Source: Leucoraja erinacea (Eukaryota). Taken from it: a stretch of DNA of 64,000 nucleotides. Below the pieces are notes generated by a model. The model had not been told where the DNA came from, searched no databases, and saw nothing but the letters and a program-made list of their open reading frames with translations. This document shows, piece by piece, positions 12,679 through 25,518 of the stretch (positions within the stretch are counted from its first letter, which is position 1; the number at the start of each line of letters is the position of its first letter). The translations under genes and the position numbers were made by a program. The stretch is taken from the NCBI RefSeq assembly GCF_028641065.1, contig NC_073394.1, positions 34,100,001-34,164,000 of the forward strand, given 5' to 3'.

Positions 12679-15067
12679 AAATCTTACAGTGTTATTCTGA
12701 AGAAATAGATGAGACCCTTTGCGCCTCATTTCAGTCTGGACTGTGTAACTTGAATGAAGTTAGAAGAGTCAAAAGGGAAGTTATTGAGGGTAAACCAGAT
12801 TTGAAAGGGTGAGGAGAGTGCTAGATATGGGGAACTGATTGAGTATCTGTTGAAGGGTGGATTAGGGGCCCTGAGCGATTGAAGGTGTAAAGGGACTAGA
12901 CATACATGGTAAAGATGAAGCAGTGGGGACCGAGGGATTGAAAGCTTTTAAAGTGTTGAAGAGCATGTATGGTGTCTTGTATGTAGGTCAGGAGGGACTG
13001 GACAAGGAGGGGTGGGTGGGGGGGGCAACAAGATGGAATTAAGGTACTTGGAATTTAGGTCAATGGGGCAGGAGCAGGCAGCCTGCCTGATTCTGTCTGC
13101 CAGTCCTGTTTGTGGATTTTGGGAAGGAGAAATGGGCAGTACGAGTTGAGAAACTATAAGGTTGGAGGCTGTCAATGGGGAGATTGCCTGAGGTAATCCT
13201 CAAGACATCTTCATTGACTTTCCCAAGTTTCTTAGTCTTCATGTATTTTTCCATGGTAAAAAACAGAGAAATATTAATTCAGGATCTTTGTCCATCTCCT
13301 GTGGCTTCACACATAATTAAATTAATTATTGGTTCTGTAGAGATGAGTGCCACACACTTGATGTTTTGTTCAGACACTGGAAGCATTGCTCATTCCAAAG
13401 ATGAAGCAGATGTATCCTGACCTCAGGAGGCAAATGTTCTTTGCATTCGGGCCCTAAGTTAGCATATGTTGCATGACCTCATTTAAATAGTTCTCTGTGC
13501 TTGTTTGAAAAGGGCAGGTAATGTTTTTTTCTTGATTACTTAATTGTTAGGAAGATCTTTTCAAGGTTTTTAAAATAATATTTAAATATGAACAGCTTTT
13601 AAATGTCTTTGATCGTCAGTGAACTGTCGAGGCAACAGGGAGATTGTGTATAGGGCCTCAGGATCCCGTGGTTTGCTTTTTTTGTAGACCGCTCCAGCTT
13701 AGAGGATAGCTGCAGCATTGAGGCATCAAGGGCGATCTAAGGAGTCCATCTATATCTGATCCAGGCACATAGTTGTTCTCCATGTTCTGTTTCCCACATG
13801 TTTGACTGAAATGAGTGCAATTATGTGCTCATTTAGTGGATTATTTTTATTCTCTGGAATAAATTGTCCTCAGCGAACAAACAAGTGATCTTAATATATT
13901 TTTATTTGCCACCTAGATATATAGACCAGAATCTGTAAGTTACAACAATGTTCTCTGCAGACTAGGGAAAGACACATCATGTAAAGATAATGAGCACTCT
14001 AAAAACGTTTGGTATTAGTTTAAAGAGGCCCCTGGGGTCCAGCAATTGTGATGTGATTAACCAGCAAATGAGAGTTTTTGTTTAACTGGAAACCTGGAAG
14101 TACCTTCAGTTATCTTAGTTAATATTTGGCAGAATGCTTATGATCTAAGTAGAAAATGAAATAAAAGAAAACTTTATTTTAGAATCATTTCTATTGAGCC
14201 ATTCAAATGAAATTAAAAGACAAATTGAGCAAATTAGTTTCTGTGGGTCAGATATTTTGCTTAGCCATATACGTAAATAAAATTTGCAGAACTCTGGTAA
14301 TATAGCATGCGGATTTGATAATATTTAATAATAGACTCTTTTGTAAATACCTGAAACTCAAACCCCTCACATTTATCTTAATTTAATTGGAGAGGATTGC
14401 AAACAGCTCAGAATGTGAACGTGTGCCAAAGCACAGTCAGTCAATTCCTTGTTGGGATACACATATATAAAAATCATGACGTTACTGTGTTCCATGAAGG
14501 AATGAAAGCAAACAAATTAGTCGTTTGTTGTCATTGCTGCCATAAAATTGAGGCCTTAAACTTTAGACAAGAAAGTAGCTAAGGAAAACTAAAAATCAAT
14601 TTTTACTCATGTGTAATTGACCTTTACACCCCATCCAGTATGATATTTCTTTTAACCCCAAAACAAAATTTTAACATTGTCAAACATGTTTCAATGAACT
14701 TGCATGAATGTGGGATGAAATCAAGTAGTAGTTCAAATCTGGAGATTAAAAAGATATATAAGAATATATGGTTCTCAATCAGTTACTCTATTGATGTTTT
14801 TTCAAGGAACATCATAATTAGGTTGAAAATTACATAGCTGATGAAACCATGACATTGAAGAAATAAACTTTAATCCAAATTGTTTAAAGTAGATCATTTA
14901 AAATCAAATTCAATAATTGTTCATTACTTGCTTAAAATGTTAGTTAACTGCCTAACCTGCTGAAATTGGAATTCCCTGTTTTAACTTTGAATTTCCAGCA
15001 CCTACATTATTTTACTTTACTATCAACATAATTTTGCTGTTGAAAAGGGAATGTTTATATTTTGTAG

Positions 15068-15217
15068 GCTCATCAAAATCTTTTGTTGAATATGGAGATA
15101 TTGCAACAGGAAATTCCAAAAATGCCATTAAGTGTCTCCGTGGTCCTAAGTCTTGTTTGTGGCCTCGTTCAAGAGATGGAAATGTTTATATACCATACAC
15201 ACTTGATACTTACTTCA
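15068..15217 (+). CDS. Astacin-family metalloprotease exon: end of pro-peptide and start of mature domain
   Basis: tttgtag| acceptor and |gtaagt donor; 150 bp, phase 1-1. Translates GSSKSFVEYGDIATGNSKNAIKCLRGPKSCLWPRSRDGNVYIPYTLDTYF: GD Asp-switch, NA mature start, C..CLWP..G.V.IPY. Confidence 0.93.
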
Positions 15218-17155
15218 GTAAGTCATACTGCTTTTGTTAATATTTGGTCTGGATAAAAAAAAAAAATTATTTGTTGTGATTAAATAGTATGTAGCAAATT
15301 AATTGTTTTAAACCCGGATTTATTACGTGTTGCTTCTAGTTCCTACTGCTATAATATATAAAGTATATGTTAAGGTTTTGGTATTAAGGTATGATTCAAG
15401 GCTTTGAACTCAATTTGCTTACAATAGGGTGAACACAGATTTAGCAAGTGATTTGCAAAATTATGAGACTTCAAAATTCCCTGAGTGGGGACAGATGGCA
15501 ATGTAAACTGTATGTGAATGGAATGACCTGCCGACCCATCCCTGGCTCCCACTGTCTCCCCGGCCGTTTAGAGCCCCTGCTTCCTTCCCCCACTCCTGCC
15601 TTGCAAGGTGCACCAGCGAGCCCCTCTCATCTGCTGCTGTTTCTTGCTGTCAATGGTCTGAGGAAATGTCTTGATGTCACCTATCCATGTTCTCCAGAGA
15701 TCCTGACCCGCTGAATTACTCCAGCAGTCCTGTTGTCTATTAACCATCATCTGCAGTCATCGGCAGTAATGTTCATCACTCCCTCCGCTATAGTCTGTTA
15801 TAACAAGGGCTTACTATAAATGGACGGAAAATCATTGTTCAACCAGTATTGTAGTAATGCCTTATTCTCAATGATAATAGACACGATTTCAATGTATACA
15901 TAAGAAAGCTTAATTGATAATAATGCCCATCAAGAAATATAAAAAGGACATTTAAGTGAAAGTTCAGGAACAAATGCACTAATATGAAGGTATTTAAAGA
16001 CTAAAATATTTTAAAGGGTTGGGCTGTTCCAGATCACTTCAACTGCATATTTTGAAAACCCTCAGATATTTTGTGGTAATAGTTTAGTTAGCAAATATGA
16101 AAAAAGGAGCTGTGGTCTGATACTGCACATTTCCTTCAAAACAAATTCACCACCAGTTATTGCTTTCAGCATATTGGGCAGTTTTGTAATCATGCTGGCT
16201 TTGATTTCAATGATTCAATTATGTGACATTTATCAAGCGACCTTTCTTATCTTGAGCTACCTATCTCCTTTGATTATGAAAATAAATGCCCATTAAGAAG
16301 ACCAACCTCATCCAACATACCTCTCTTGAGAACAATGTATTTCAGCGTGGATCAGGATCAATATTTCCATTGCTACCATTGTAATGTTCTGCAGGAAGAT
16401 CTCCAGTCATAATTTTGTGCTTTACTGATCACATTGACATAGAAAGGTCCTTTAGCAAGGAATTTCTAAGTGGCAATGGCAGATTTCTGTCATATCCAAA
16501 TTTGCACGTTATAACTGCACAAGAAAGTCACCCATGCATCGTACTTGTGACAAAATGATTTCAGTGAGGAGCAAATATATCAAGTGCTGGGATCCACCAG
16601 CTTTTCTGACTCCTCACTAATTCAACCAATAATTGAATGCACTTGTGTCCATAAAGGATCCTTTTAATAATTCCAAACTTTTAAGAACTTTTAATGCCAT
16701 ATTTCCAGACAACAGACATAATGGCTTTTTCCTGAGAAAACTGGACCTGGATATTTTCAGCAGCCAACCACAGTACCAAAGCACTGGTCCAAGAGAAGTC
16801 TTCTGTTTTTAACAGGAAAAGCTATTGCTCAAGTATATCTCAACTATCTCTCTCCCAGTGGAGAGCTATTACTTGAATCAAAGTGTGGATACCATCCTAC
16901 TCGAGGTGTAGAACTGATGATTGACTGGGCAGCAGTGATACCTGCATCACTGAGCTCTGAATATATACAACAGGCAACTCGAAGCTTTGGAAAGGTATCA
17001 CTAACATTCTGTGCAGAATTATTTAACTTTACTGGAAGGATAAGTGAACCAATGCCATGGTCTTGTAAGCTACGAGCTCCAATAACAAAGCCCCAATTAT
17101 ACTCAATTGACTGTGTTGGGTCGGTTCTGTCTTTTGCATGCCCAACACCAGCACT

Positions 17156-17250
17156 CTGAAGAAGGGTCTCGACTCGAAACATCACCCATTCCTTTTCTCC
17201 AGAGATGCTGCCTGTCCCGCTGAGTTAATCCAGCTATTTGTGTCTACCAG
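17156..17250 (+). mobile_element. Penelope-derived terminal fragment with hammerhead-like motif
   Basis: ctgaagaagggtctcgactcgaaacatc followed by ..ccagagatgctgcctgtcccgctgagtt.., the same as the PLE ends at 3656 and 35337. Confidence 0.7.
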
Positions 17251-17379
17251 ATTCCTTAAACAGCTGGACTATTCCCAGCCATGTCACAGGAAACAATTAA
17301 CAGGTGGATAAATGAAAAGATTCAAGGATGTGCTCAAAACTTCCTTGAAAAAAAAAGGACTCAGAATGAATGTGCTACA

Positions 17380-18299
17380 GTTGTAATTAACTTCACAAGC
17401 AAATATGTGGAGGAGCGTGTTCCCACAAAACTATCCTGGTGTGTCCAAACCAGAAGCCTTGGATGAACTAGGAGGTCCTCAATCTATTGAGGACCAGATC
17501 TCGGGCATGCACATCTGGTGATGCAGGTTTATATAGGAAGTCCAGATATGAGCTATATAAGGTCATGAGACAGGCTGAGCGACATCTTCACTATATTGGA
17601 GAGTGAGATGGGCATTCGGCAGGGCTTGCACCCCATCAGTTCCTGCAAGACAAAACCAAGTGAGAGCTCAGCATTCAACACCATCATCCCCTCCAAATCT
17701 GTTAACAAATTCCAGGAACTGGGTCTGTACTCATTCTTAAACAACTGGATCCTCAACTTCCCCATTGGCAGACTGCAGACAGTACGAATTGGCATCAATG
17801 CTTCCCACTCGATAACTATCAGCACCAGAAAGCCTCAGGTCTATGTGTTCTGTCCCCTGCTTTACTCACTCTATACCTATGACTGTGTAACCGAATACCA
17901 ACTTTAAATTTGCCAACAACACCACCGTTGTTAGATGAATTCCGGGTAACGGCGAGTCGAAGTATAAGAGGGAGATTGATCATCTGATTGAATGGTGCCA
18001 GAGCACCAATCTTGCTCTCAACAAACGACCATGGAGCTGATTGTTGGCTTTAGAAGTGGAAAGCTGAGGATCCACGATCTTGCCATCATCGACGTGTGGG
18101 GAAAGTCAACAACTTCAAGTTCCTCAGCATGCATGCCGAAGTAAAGTTCCTGGACCCAGCATTTTGATGCAATCACAAAGAAAACCCATCAATGCCTCTA
18201 CTTCCTTAGAAGGTTAAGGAGAATTGATATATCAACAATACTCTCTTGATTGTACAAGTGTATAGTATAGAGCATATTAACTAGTTGCATCATGGCCTA
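17380..18299 (+). mobile_element. Degraded Rex1/Babar LINE fragment
   Basis: [33 protein letters not shown] remnants. Confidence 0.78.
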
Positions 18300-21200
18300 T
18301 GTAATGGTAATTTCTTAACTTTCCATTGTCCAACTTTTGATTGCCATTACTATTCGGGGATGTAGAAGAGATATAGCTTACGCACTCGCCGATAATAAGA
18401 ACAAATCTTCCAGTCGTTGTTTTTTGATTAATTAGTCTTTTATTGAAATAGTACAAACAAAAAAGTGATTCATATCAAATATTTCTTATTCCAATACAAA
18501 TTGTAACTTCATTCTTACTAACCGTTTCATCCGTGTCGTGTAGAGTCGTGTGAGAGTGGTAAAAACTGTTGTCTCAACCATCCCTCGAGTCTAAAATGAC
18601 TCCCAATCTCTGGCTACCCTAGCCTCCTCAGATATAGACACACCCATCTACGTATATAATCCCACCCATAAACATATCAAAAAAGATAAAACTAGAAATA
18701 TCTAGACATGGCTATAATATACTGATTTTAGCATAAATGGCTCCTACACACCAGCCCATAATTGTTCCACGTATATAACAAAGCATTTACTAATAGACAT
18801 TAAATGGAGCTATAAAAGCTTGACATATTATCAAAAACAAAAGAAATATGCAGTATATGTTAACATTCAAACTTCTTTAGTAATTCCTCTATCTTCTACT
18901 TCAGCTTCTAGGAGCAGACATATCTTTATTATCGGTCTTACCGAGATGTTGTTCTTAGTCTGAAGTCGTACTGTATGCACCAAACCTTTAGCATTTGGTA
19001 TGATCTCCAATATTCTGCCCATTAGCCAGGAACCTTGTGCAGTTGAATCAACCACCAAAACGATATCACCTGGAATAAAATATCTTCTAACCCTTGACCA
19101 TCGTTGTCGTACTTGGATTAGAGGCAAGTATTCTTGTGTCCACCGTTTCCAAAAAAGATATGCCATATATTGTACCTGTCTCCATCTGTGTCTAATGTAG
19201 AAATCTTCCTTCACAAAGAGCCCAGGTGGTAGTTTTGGATTGGTCTTCAACAGAAGATAATTCGGTGTAAGTGCTTCCAGATCCCTAGGATCATCAGAAT
19301 GCCTGGTAATGGGTCGATCATTTAAAATTGCTTCAATTTCACAAAATAAAGTTTGCATTCCTTCATCGTTCAGAACTTGTTTAAGAACAGAGCGCAGCAC
19401 ATTTCGATCCATGCGGATCAATCGTTCCCAAACACCGGCGTGATGGGATCCCGCTGGGGAATTAAAATTCCATCGTATCCCTTGCTGGATTTTATCTTGA
19501 AGAAGCCTTTAAGTGCTTCTCTCACTTCTCTTTCTGCCTCAATAAAATTTGTGCCATTATCTGATCTTAAAGATGAAACTTGACCTCGTCGACAGATGAA
19601 TCTTCGTAATGCATGAATGCAGGAGTCTGTGTCGAGTGTAGATGCAACTTCAAGATGTACTGCTCAGCTTGCCATGCAAGTGAAAATGACACTATACCTT
19701 TTTACAAGACTTCGTCCTTGATAGGATCGAAGTAATCTACTCTGACATCTGCAAATGGAGGCTTATTAGGTAAATCCCTCTCCAGAGGTAAGTCTGCCAT
19801 TTTCTTTTCTCCAACTTTTCCACGCTGTCGTCTACACCTAACAATCTTTTATTACCTTTCCTGCAGCGGCGTTAGCTTTGATAATCCAGTATTTTTTACG
19901 AAGTTTCGGCAGCATATAATTTCTTCCTCCATGTCCGATCTGTTCATTAATATGTCGTTACAGTAGCATAGAAATGTGAAAATCCATTGAGAGAATAATA
20001 GGATGCTTAGCCTCTTCAGGCATCGCTAGTCTATTCAGGCGACCACCTACTCTCAGAAGTCCTTCATTCAATACCAGATCTAGCTTGTAGAAATGACTGC
20101 TTCTTTCGACACCATGTGCACCAGCTTCTAATGTTGACAGCCCTTCTTTGAATCTTTGTCTTTGACAGAAAGAGATAACTGCATTTTCTGTGTTAAGAAG
20201 ATCATCAGTACATAAACACTGTCCGCAGTATGATGCTTTAAAGACTTGCATCTTTTTTATCAACGTTTTCCTTTAGTTTGCCAGGATCCTTTTCAAAGAT
20301 ACCTTCAGCAATCTCCTTCCTTTTTCGAGCCAACAGCAAGAACATTGTCCTTAGTTTAAGAAACCAAGCCACCACAGTCTTCAGCTTATTCCATGATGAG
20401 AAATGCGTAATTAAATGGTTTGTTGGGTCTAATGGATTCTTGACAATGATATTCACTGTTATGTCTTGCTTGATTTTCGGATCATTGGCTGCGATTTCAG
20501 ATTCCAGATTAAGCTTTGGTCATTCTCTGTCTGGCTTACTGCTGCAGTTTTTGACTTTAAAGCACAGAATCGGTGCTGGACTATATCAAGTTCTGCATCG
20601 GAAACGTGACTGTGGACAAAAACATACGGGTTTTCCCAAACCAGAAACCCTGGATGTCCAGCCAGGTCCGCACACTCCTCAGAGCCCGCGATGCTGCGTT
20701 CAGGTCAGGTGACAGAGCTCTGTACAGGGCTGCTCGAGCCGATCTGAAAAGTGTCATTAAAAAAGCCAAGGCGGACCATAAGAGGAGCATAGAGTCCCAC
20801 TTGTCCAGCAATAATACACGGGAGGTATGGCGGGGAATACAAGACATTACCAACTACAGAGGCTGTGCCACAAAGTCAGAAGACCTGAGTGTGCCGCTGG
20901 CAGAAAAGCTAAATTGCTTCTTCTCCCGCTTTGAAACATCGCAACAGCAGCACTCACCTGCTACAGCCCTGTTCCCACCCTCACCTGGCTCCTACCCCAC
21001 TCACTGTCAGGGAGCACGATGTCAGACGGGTGCTCCTGGCAGTGAACCCCAAGAAGGCTACCGGCCCAGATGGAGTACCTGGTAAGGTGCTCAAAGCGTG
21101 CGCCCACCAGCTCACTGCCATCTTCACCAGAATTTTCAACCTCTCCCTGGACCAGGCAGTTATTCCGTCCTGCCTAAAATCAGCCACAATCGTCCCAGTG

Positions 21201-23152
21201 CCGAAGAAGTCTCCCATCACCAGACTTAATGACTACCGTCCTGTGGCCCTCATTCTGGTAATCACGAAGTGCTTCGAGAGATTGGTCCTCCAGCAAATCA
21301 AGGACTATCTACCACCAGACTTCGACCCCCACCAATTCGCTTATCGCCAAAATAGATCCACAGAAGACGCCATTACCGTAGCTCTCCACTCTGTGCTGAG
21401 CCATCTGGAGCAGGGGCAGAGCTACGTCCGGATGCTCTTTGTGGATTATAGCTCAGCTTTCAATACAATCATTCCGGACATTCTCATTGGTAAACTGGTC
21501 ACTCTCGGCCTCCCCACTCTCACATGTGCCTGGATAAAAGATTTCCTCACCAACCGGCCCCAGACTGTGAGACTCGGCCCCCACCTCTCCTCCACTCGCA
21601 GGTTGAGTACCGGCTCCCCACAGGGCTGTGTGCTAAGCCCCCTCTTATACTGTCTCTACACCTACGACTGTAGTCCGGCCCACAACAACAACCGCATCGT
21701 CAAATTTGCTGACGACACTACTGTAGTCGGACTTATTTCAAAGGGAGATGAGGCAGCCTACAGAGAGGAAGTCCTGAAGTTGACAACCTGGTGCTCAGAA
21801 AACAATCTGGCTCTGAACACCAGGAAAACAAAAGAGCTCATTGTCGACTTCAGGAGGCACAGCACCGACTTAGTCCCCCTACACATCAACGGCGAGTGTG
21901 TGGAGAGGGTCAACACCTTCCGGTTTCTCGGCGTCCATATCGCTGCTGACATCTCCTGGACGGACAACACGACAGCAGTCATCAAGAAGGCTCAGCAGCG
22001 GCTGCACTTCCTGAGGGTCCTCAGGAAGCACAGCCTGGACTCTAACCTGCTGCTGACCTTCTACCGCTCGTCCATCGAGAGCCTGCTGACATACTGCATT
22101 ACAGCATGGTATGGCAGCTGCACCATGGCAGACAGGGAGAGGCTTCAGAGGGTAACTAGGACAGCGCAGAAGATCATTGGATGCCCTTTCCCCTCCCTGA
22201 TGGATATCTACACCTCCCGCTGCCTTAGCAGGGCAAAGAATATCATCAAAGACAGCTCCCATCCTGCGTTTGGACTGTTCGACCTGCTGCCCTCTGGAAG
22301 GCGCTATAGGTGCATCAAATCCAGGACAAATAGACTCAGAAATAGTTGCTTTCCGAAAATTGTAACTACTCTTAATTCAAATTCACACATGCACTGACTT
22401 CACAGCCCAACACCCGGACTTCCATCTGTATATATGTATATAGCGCCGCAGAATTGTGCACCTATCCCCCCCCCCCTTCTCCCTTCTGTTTTTTGTTTTT
22501 CTGTTTCTTGTTTTTTGTACTAAATTATATGTATGCACTGAGTACGAGCAGCTTTCAATTTCACTGTACATGTACAGTGACAATAAATGGCATATCTATC
22601 TATATCTATATCTATCTATATCTATATATATCTATATCTTCTCAGCCTTTCTAAATGCGACTTAATATAGCCGTTCAACTCACGATTCCTGGCTTTCGAA
22701 ATTTTCAATCTTCGTTCTTCAAATAGCACAGGTCATGACCGTGTCTATTTCCCTGCAACTGGCAAATTCTTTTTTCCAGGATTTCAATCTCTTATCTCAC
22801 TCATAGAGATTCAGATTTCTTTAGTTCCACTCCTAGAAACAGTTTTTACTTTAATGTAATGGCAATTTCATAACTTTACAATGTTCAACTTTTGATTGCC
22901 ATTACTACTCAGGGATGTAGAAGATATAGCTTACACACTCACCGATAGTAAGAACAATTCTTCCAGTCATTGTTTCATGATTAATTAGTCTTTTATTGAA
23001 GTTGTACAAACAAAGAAGTAATTCATATCAAGTATTTCTTATTCCAATACAAATTATAACTTTTCATTCTTACTAACTGTTGCATCCGTGTCGTGTTGTG
23101 TAGAGTCGTGTGAGATTGAGAGTGAGAGTGGTAAAAACTGTTGCCTCAACCA
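18300..23152 (-). mobile_element. BEL/Pao LTR retrotransposon, internally deleted and interrupted by Rex1
   Basis: 3' LTR at 18300-18748 (TG..CA) and partial homologous 5' LTR at 22855-23152. Integrase region (EIEAILNDRPIT..ALTPNYLL..RWRQVQ..FWKRWTQEYL; LLRVGGRL; SDNGTNF) at 18867-20535. Confidence 0.9.
20565..22638 (+). mobile_element. Rex1/Babar LINE, 5'-truncated, RT nearly intact (one frameshift near 20990)
   Basis: [47 protein letters not shown]; stop at 22397; 3' cactgtacatgtacagtgacaataaa plus (TATATC)n tail. Confidence 0.93.
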
Positions 23153-23159
23153 TGACTGG

Positions 23160-23282
23160 TTTGTTAGTTAATTGGCTTGGTTTAATTGTAAATTGTCCCT
23201 AATGTGTGGAGGGTAATGTCAGCGCAGACACGGTGGGCTGGAGAGCCTGTTTCCGCGCTGTATCTCTAAACTAAACTAAACT
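23160..23282 (+). mobile_element. SINE 3' fragment (V-SINE-like)
   Basis: aattgtaaattgtccct.. core and gcctgtttccgcgctgtatctc(taaac)n tail. Confidence 0.55.
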
Positions 23283-23342
23283 TGCAAATTATATGCTTGT
23301 GCAGACAAGTTAAACATGCTCTATTATATTTTATAACTATAG

Positions 23343-23460
23343 CCAAGGAGCAACAAAAGACTATATACGATGCCATGCAGGAGTTTGATGATCTCACGTG
23401 CATAAAGTTCATATATAGACGGCATCAAATGAACTATATTAAAATTATCGCAGGAGACGG
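23343..23460 (+). CDS. Astacin-family metalloprotease exon (protease domain)
   Basis: ctatag| acceptor and |gtaagt donor; 118 bp, phase 1-2. Translates TKEQQKTIYDAMQEFDDLTCIKFIYRRHQMNYIKIIAGDG, with the typical AM.EF...TCI.F motif. Confidence 0.93.
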
Positions 23461-25383
23461 GTAAGTTGAAGAATGCTGATATTCAAATATATTGTGTTGT
23501 GTCCACTGCAATTATTATACAAAGTCATATTTCAATAATAAACAAGCCATATTTCATTCAAAAATAATAATTTTTGACATATTTGTAAATAATAATCTTC
23601 TGATATATTTGTAAGATTAGCAAATTATCCATGTTATCAGAGAAAATAATGCCTATGTTTACAGTATAATCATTGAAAGTGATACCAGATTTTGAAGAGA
23701 GAACCTCGAAATTTCATGGAAAGGCCAGATACTTTCTGACAATGTCATCATTGGTATAGCAAAACTGGATAAAAAATTTTGACATAGCGATCCACAATGA
23801 TATTACCAGAAAATTATGACTGCAAATTATAATCTAACAGCTACACTCAATAACCACTGGTTTTGTGCAGGGTTTTCAGACTGAAGCCAATCATCACGTG
23901 AAGCTGATTTGACATGCTGTTCCTTTGTTGATTAATGTTCCAGCTCAGTTCTTCTGCAAGAATTTGATGCTTGTGGAATTCTTCAGTTGCTAACTGTTAT
24001 AATGTGTAATGCTGAAGAGAGTTTACACGCTACCTAATATGGCTGGCTGAATAGAACCTAGCTGAAGAGCTGGTAATTGATGAGAGAAGAAAGAGAAGAC
24101 ATCCAATGCCCCATGCAGACAATCGTTGGAAAAGAAAATTATCTGTGTGTTATGGAGAGCGGAAATTTCATTTCTCCATTCCAAAATAACCCACTTTACC
24201 TTGCCGTTGTTGCAACCCAAAACAGAACTTATTTGGTCACAAGGTGGAAATAGAAACCAGTGCTCTTCTTGTGAAATTTGTAAATAAAAGGTCACTTTAT
24301 TATAGAAACCTATCCAGCACACTAATACAATCTTATCTCAGTGGCTGCAACATGGCAATGACAAACTGCTTCCTTTAAGTAGAGGAGCTTGAAGGTGGCT
24401 ATTGAGGTTAGCATTGAAAGGTTTGGGACTAAGAGGGGCTTTGTTTCAAGGCAAGGAAATCAGTAAATGGCAACGATGGATTTAAAACGCTCCATTCTTG
24501 AAAAATGCTAGGACATCCGTGCCACACGAGTGGCATATTCTTGTGATTTGCTAGAGGACAGGTTATAAAAAATGCTGTGGTTCCCTCCAGCCATATTCTG
24601 AACACACACCAAAAATTCATTTTTTGTCCTTTTACACTTAATTTTTAATTTTTTATATTTTTAGATAAATTTGTGCTTTTTATGTCATTAACTGTCTATG
24701 CCCTTACTGTTTTAAATTGTATTTTTGTTTAGACCTGGGTTTTTGTAAAAAGCACTTTAGGTTACATACAATTGTATGAAAAATGCTATACAAATAAAGT
24801 TATTGTTATTATTTCACTCTGGATCTCAGGTGTTGGGTATCTTTTGCAAGTGATGAAAAGGAAGATCTACTGACCATCGGTCTTACCCTACATTTTGAGA
24901 CTCTGACCTTTGATTCTAGATTCCCCTAGCCAGGGGAAACATCCTCCAAGCATATAGCCAATTAAACGATGTTTTGTATGTTTTATTGAGATAATGGAGC
25001 AAATTGGGCAGTGGGTCAGTGCAACAGGCATCAGTGTCTGTTAGATTCCATCCTTGTTCAGATGAGATAATCTAACAAATGCAAGTATTTGGTTTAGGGT
25101 GTGGAAATGAAGCAACGTCTCTTTAAACAAACGGTGTTGGTTGACAATAAGATTACTCCAAATATTTTATCAGAATGAAAATAATGATGTGTTTTGCCTA
25201 CCAATTCCTTGCCATCACACCCAGGAAATTGCATAATTTCCTGCCCTAGCATTGTGCTTCGTGAAAATCAGTTTTCTTCTCTCTCTACCTCTCTCTCCCT
25301 CTACTTCTCTCTATCCTATGTCTCTATCCCTCTCCCTACCTCTCTCCCTACCTCATTCTCTACCTCTCCACCCCCCTCCATCC

Positions 25384-25385
<2 letters not shown>

Positions 25386-25435
<50 letters not shown>
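25386..25435. repeat. (CT)n microsatellite in a pyrimidine-rich tract
   Basis: About 25 CT units, seen directly. Confidence 0.95.
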
Positions 25436-25444
<9 letters not shown>

Positions 25445-25518
25445 CCTCTCCTTCCTCCCTCTGCCCCTCTGAAAATCAATTTCAATACAATTTGCACTCT
25501 CCACCTTGAAATTAAGAG

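Noticed and set aside
24020-24800. Possible host exon or ORF in intron 3
   Set aside because: Stop-ridden and ends in an AATAAA/AT-rich tail; probably an old L1/Tx1 3' remnant. Exons 3 and 4 already join without a gap.
25194-25509. Leu/Ser-rich ORFs
   Set aside because: Translation of the (CT)n microsatellite.
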